Program-made: the position numbers and the translations under genes
Shown: positions 61,393-64,000 of the stretch, one piece after another
Layout: each line of letters begins with the position of its first letter
Position numbering within the stretch: position 1 is the first letter of the stretch
The notes under the pieces: generated by a model
What the model was told of the DNA's origin: nothing
Databases searched by the model: none
The model's input: the letters and a program-made list of their open reading frames with translations, nothing else
NCBI RefSeq assembly: GCF_009914755.1
Contig: NC_060936.1
DNA from: the human T2T-CHM13v2.0 reference genome, Homo sapiens
Reading direction: 5' to 3' (one strand)
DNA length: 64,000 nucleotides

Positions 61393-61526
61393 TCTCACTG
61401 CGAGTGTAAGGAGCATTACCAGAATTTCGTACCTGGAGTGGGGTGCAGTATGACTGATATATGTAAATCAGATAACCCGTGTCATAGGAATGCAAATTGC
61501 ACCACCGTCGCACCAGGCCGAACTGA
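61393..61526 (+). CDS. STAB2: Stabilin-2 coding exon 9 ([45 protein letters not shown]); gene continues beyond window
   Basis: ctactgaag| acceptor, 134 nt, phase 0 to 2, donor TGA|GTAAGT; frame open across all nine exons. Confidence 0.95.
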
Positions 61527-64000
61527 GTAAGTCTTTTCAATTCCTCCACCAACATTTCCAAGTGGTGAAAATGGTGTCCAGTCATTGCTGTAAGTTTCTT
61601 GAAGGGGAGGAAATGTGTCTTATTCAGCCTTGCATCCACCCCCACCCCACATAGTAGGAGCAAGGATTGTAGTAGGTACTCAATAAATCTTTAATTAATT
61701 AAACACTCAACAATTATTTCCTTTATATGACCATTAGAATACTCTGGAATATTGTTGTGGCCTGATAACTTGATATGAAGTGGTCAGAATGTGGGAGAAG
61801 GAAGCCACTGTGACTGGGGAAACAAATGGTTGTTGAGATTACAGGGTTATGACCTCTAATGTACATGCCTGTTTCCTCACTCATGACATATTGCTTGTTA
61901 GAGGTGCAAAACAAGACTAGGGAAAGTGAATAAGCACTAGTGGTGTTTCCTGGACTCTAGATTTCAAAAGAAGGGGTTTACTGTGAATAAAAACATTTGT
62001 GTGAAAGTTTCTGAGGCAAAGGCAGCTCACATGATAGAAAGAAGATGGTATTTGGACTAAAGATCTAGGTTTAAGTCTCAGCACTGATACCTACCAGATG
62101 CATGACCAAGGAAAGTGGCACCATATCTCTGGCCTCAGTTGCTCCATGTGTAAAAGGAGCACAATGATTTATACTTCATAAGGTTGTTGTGATGATTACA
62201 TGAGAGAATGTTTCTAGAAACTATGACACCAGTGTAATGTGTTTTCATTAGTGACTGACCTGAAGCTAGAACCCAAGTCTTTGACTCGCAGACTGAGGTT
62301 TCTATCTCTGTTCCATTTTCAATTCTCGCTACCATCAGCATCTGAGAAAGACTCATAGTGCCATTGTGAGCTCAAAACCACAATCAACATCGAACCATAG
62401 CATGATAAAACAGTTTCTGTGATTCCAGAGCCCCCTTCATCTTTTGTGAAGTTCACGCCTTTTATAACTGGGTGGTCAGTGTGTAGATTTGCCCCAACAG
62501 GTTGTATTATCATCATGTCCTATCTGGACAAATAAATAGATCTGTACTTATTGTACATGGAGTGGAAAGAGCTGGGATATCAGAACACTTAGGTTCAAAT
62601 CCCAAGTCTGCCCCTTACCTTACCCTCTCTGAACTGATGTTTCTTCAACCATAAAAGGGAGAGAACTATACCTCCCACCAGGGCTGTGCTGAAAGTTAAA
62701 CAGGATTACATTCGTCAATCTCTGAGAAGAAGATGGCACCTAGAAATCCTTCAATACATGTGAATGCACACACAAATACACCACAGCCATGCATATAGGC
62801 ACAGAGGCACCCAACACACATATGCATCCAGGCACACCCTCCCCTCAAACATATATTCTGGCAATACTGAGAACCAAACAAGCTGGTGTATGCATGTTTT
62901 ACCACCCTCTGAGAAAGTCTAAATAGAATACCTTAAGCGAACTCTTTCCTTGTGTTTGAGAAGATAAAATCTAAAAATGAAATGAGAATATCAGAATAAT
63001 ATAAGCTGCTTCCAAATTTGTGTTTAGAATGTCAGATAACCTAACATTGTGATGTTAGGGGTACATGTATCACCCACAAACCTTCCCACACCTCAAATTG
63101 ACTGTCTTCAGCCAAAAAAAGGCCTAAGTAAAAAAGCTAGCTAAGTTATATTGATAAAATATGAAGTCATCAGTCCTCAGGTAATTTAGTTCATCTGGGA
63201 TAAAAATTTATTTCATTTATGCCTTCTCAATATGGCAAGTAGCTTATGCAGAATCTTCAAAATCAGACTGCATTTGTCACAGAAGACCACCTGATTGAGA
63301 AGGGTGGGTTGAAACAAGAACTCTACCACTCCCCCTGGGGTGACCTTAGGCAAGACTAAACTTTTCTAAACCACAGTTCCCTCACCTGTCAAGTAGGTCT
63401 AGAGACCAGGAATCTCTGCCTGTGGAGAGCTAATGAGTTCATGTATATAATATGCTTTTAAACGCTAAGCTCCATTTTGATTCTTACTGAGAACAAATAA
63501 CTTTATGCTTTGCCTTTTTACTTTTACTTATTAATAGATGTAGGAAGTAAGGGACAGTAGAAGAGATGAGCATTTCTCTCTCATTTAACTAAACTCAGCT
63601 GAAAAATAGCCAGGACACGGCTGAGTGGGCCTATTGTAATAAGCACAGTTTACATTCCAGTTGTGCAAAAGTACAAACAACAGTGAAGTGTAGGGACTCT
63701 TGGAATGCTAGTGACATTGATGATATTCAGTGTTTATATAAGATCTGTACAGGTTGGGATATCCTCAGTGTAAACAGTCTTCCCAAGAGTCCTTTCCAAG
63801 GCAACATGGTACAGTGGCAAGAGACATTCTCAGATGGATCTAGTTTTAAATCCCAGCTCAGCCACTGCCAGATGTGTTTCCAGCAGTTTGACCCTTAGAC
63901 CTGGGCAACAGGAGCCCCTCCCCTGGGCACTGCATGTTAGAAGCTCCCATTCTGGCCCTCTGCTGGCTACTCCAGGGCAAGGAATCTGAACGTCCAAAGG

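Overview
Primate (almost certainly human) genomic DNA containing the 5' part of STAB2 (stabilin-2/HARE/FEEL-2) on the + strand: about 8.5 kb of upstream sequence, coding exons 1-9 (1040 nt, about 346 codons: signal peptide plus the first EGF-like cluster) and their introns. The gene continues past the window. The introns are dominated by transposable elements: a full-length but inactivated antisense L1PA nested in an older L1M and itself interrupted by an Alu, two 5'-truncated L1PAs, about 11 Alus, MaLR/ERV solo LTRs, hAT DNA transposons and L2/MIR remnants. Nearly all ORFs in the supplied track are Alu/L1-derived or chance ORFs. I see no new protein-coding system, RNA gene or CRISPR-like array. 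The most notable unexplained structures are: two non-tandem local duplications of unique sequence (one a near-identical 227-bp block dense in GATA/ETS/MAF/FOX/SOX motifs, a candidate recently duplicated sinusoidal-endothelial enhancer); a tail-less Alu with a templated junction duplication; an L1 antisense promoter pointing into exon 4; an in-frame uORF; a reconstituted splice donor at the exon 2/3 junction; and an LTR-borne CTCF motif. Repeat subfamily names come from recalled consensus sequences and need RepeatMasker/Dfam confirmation.
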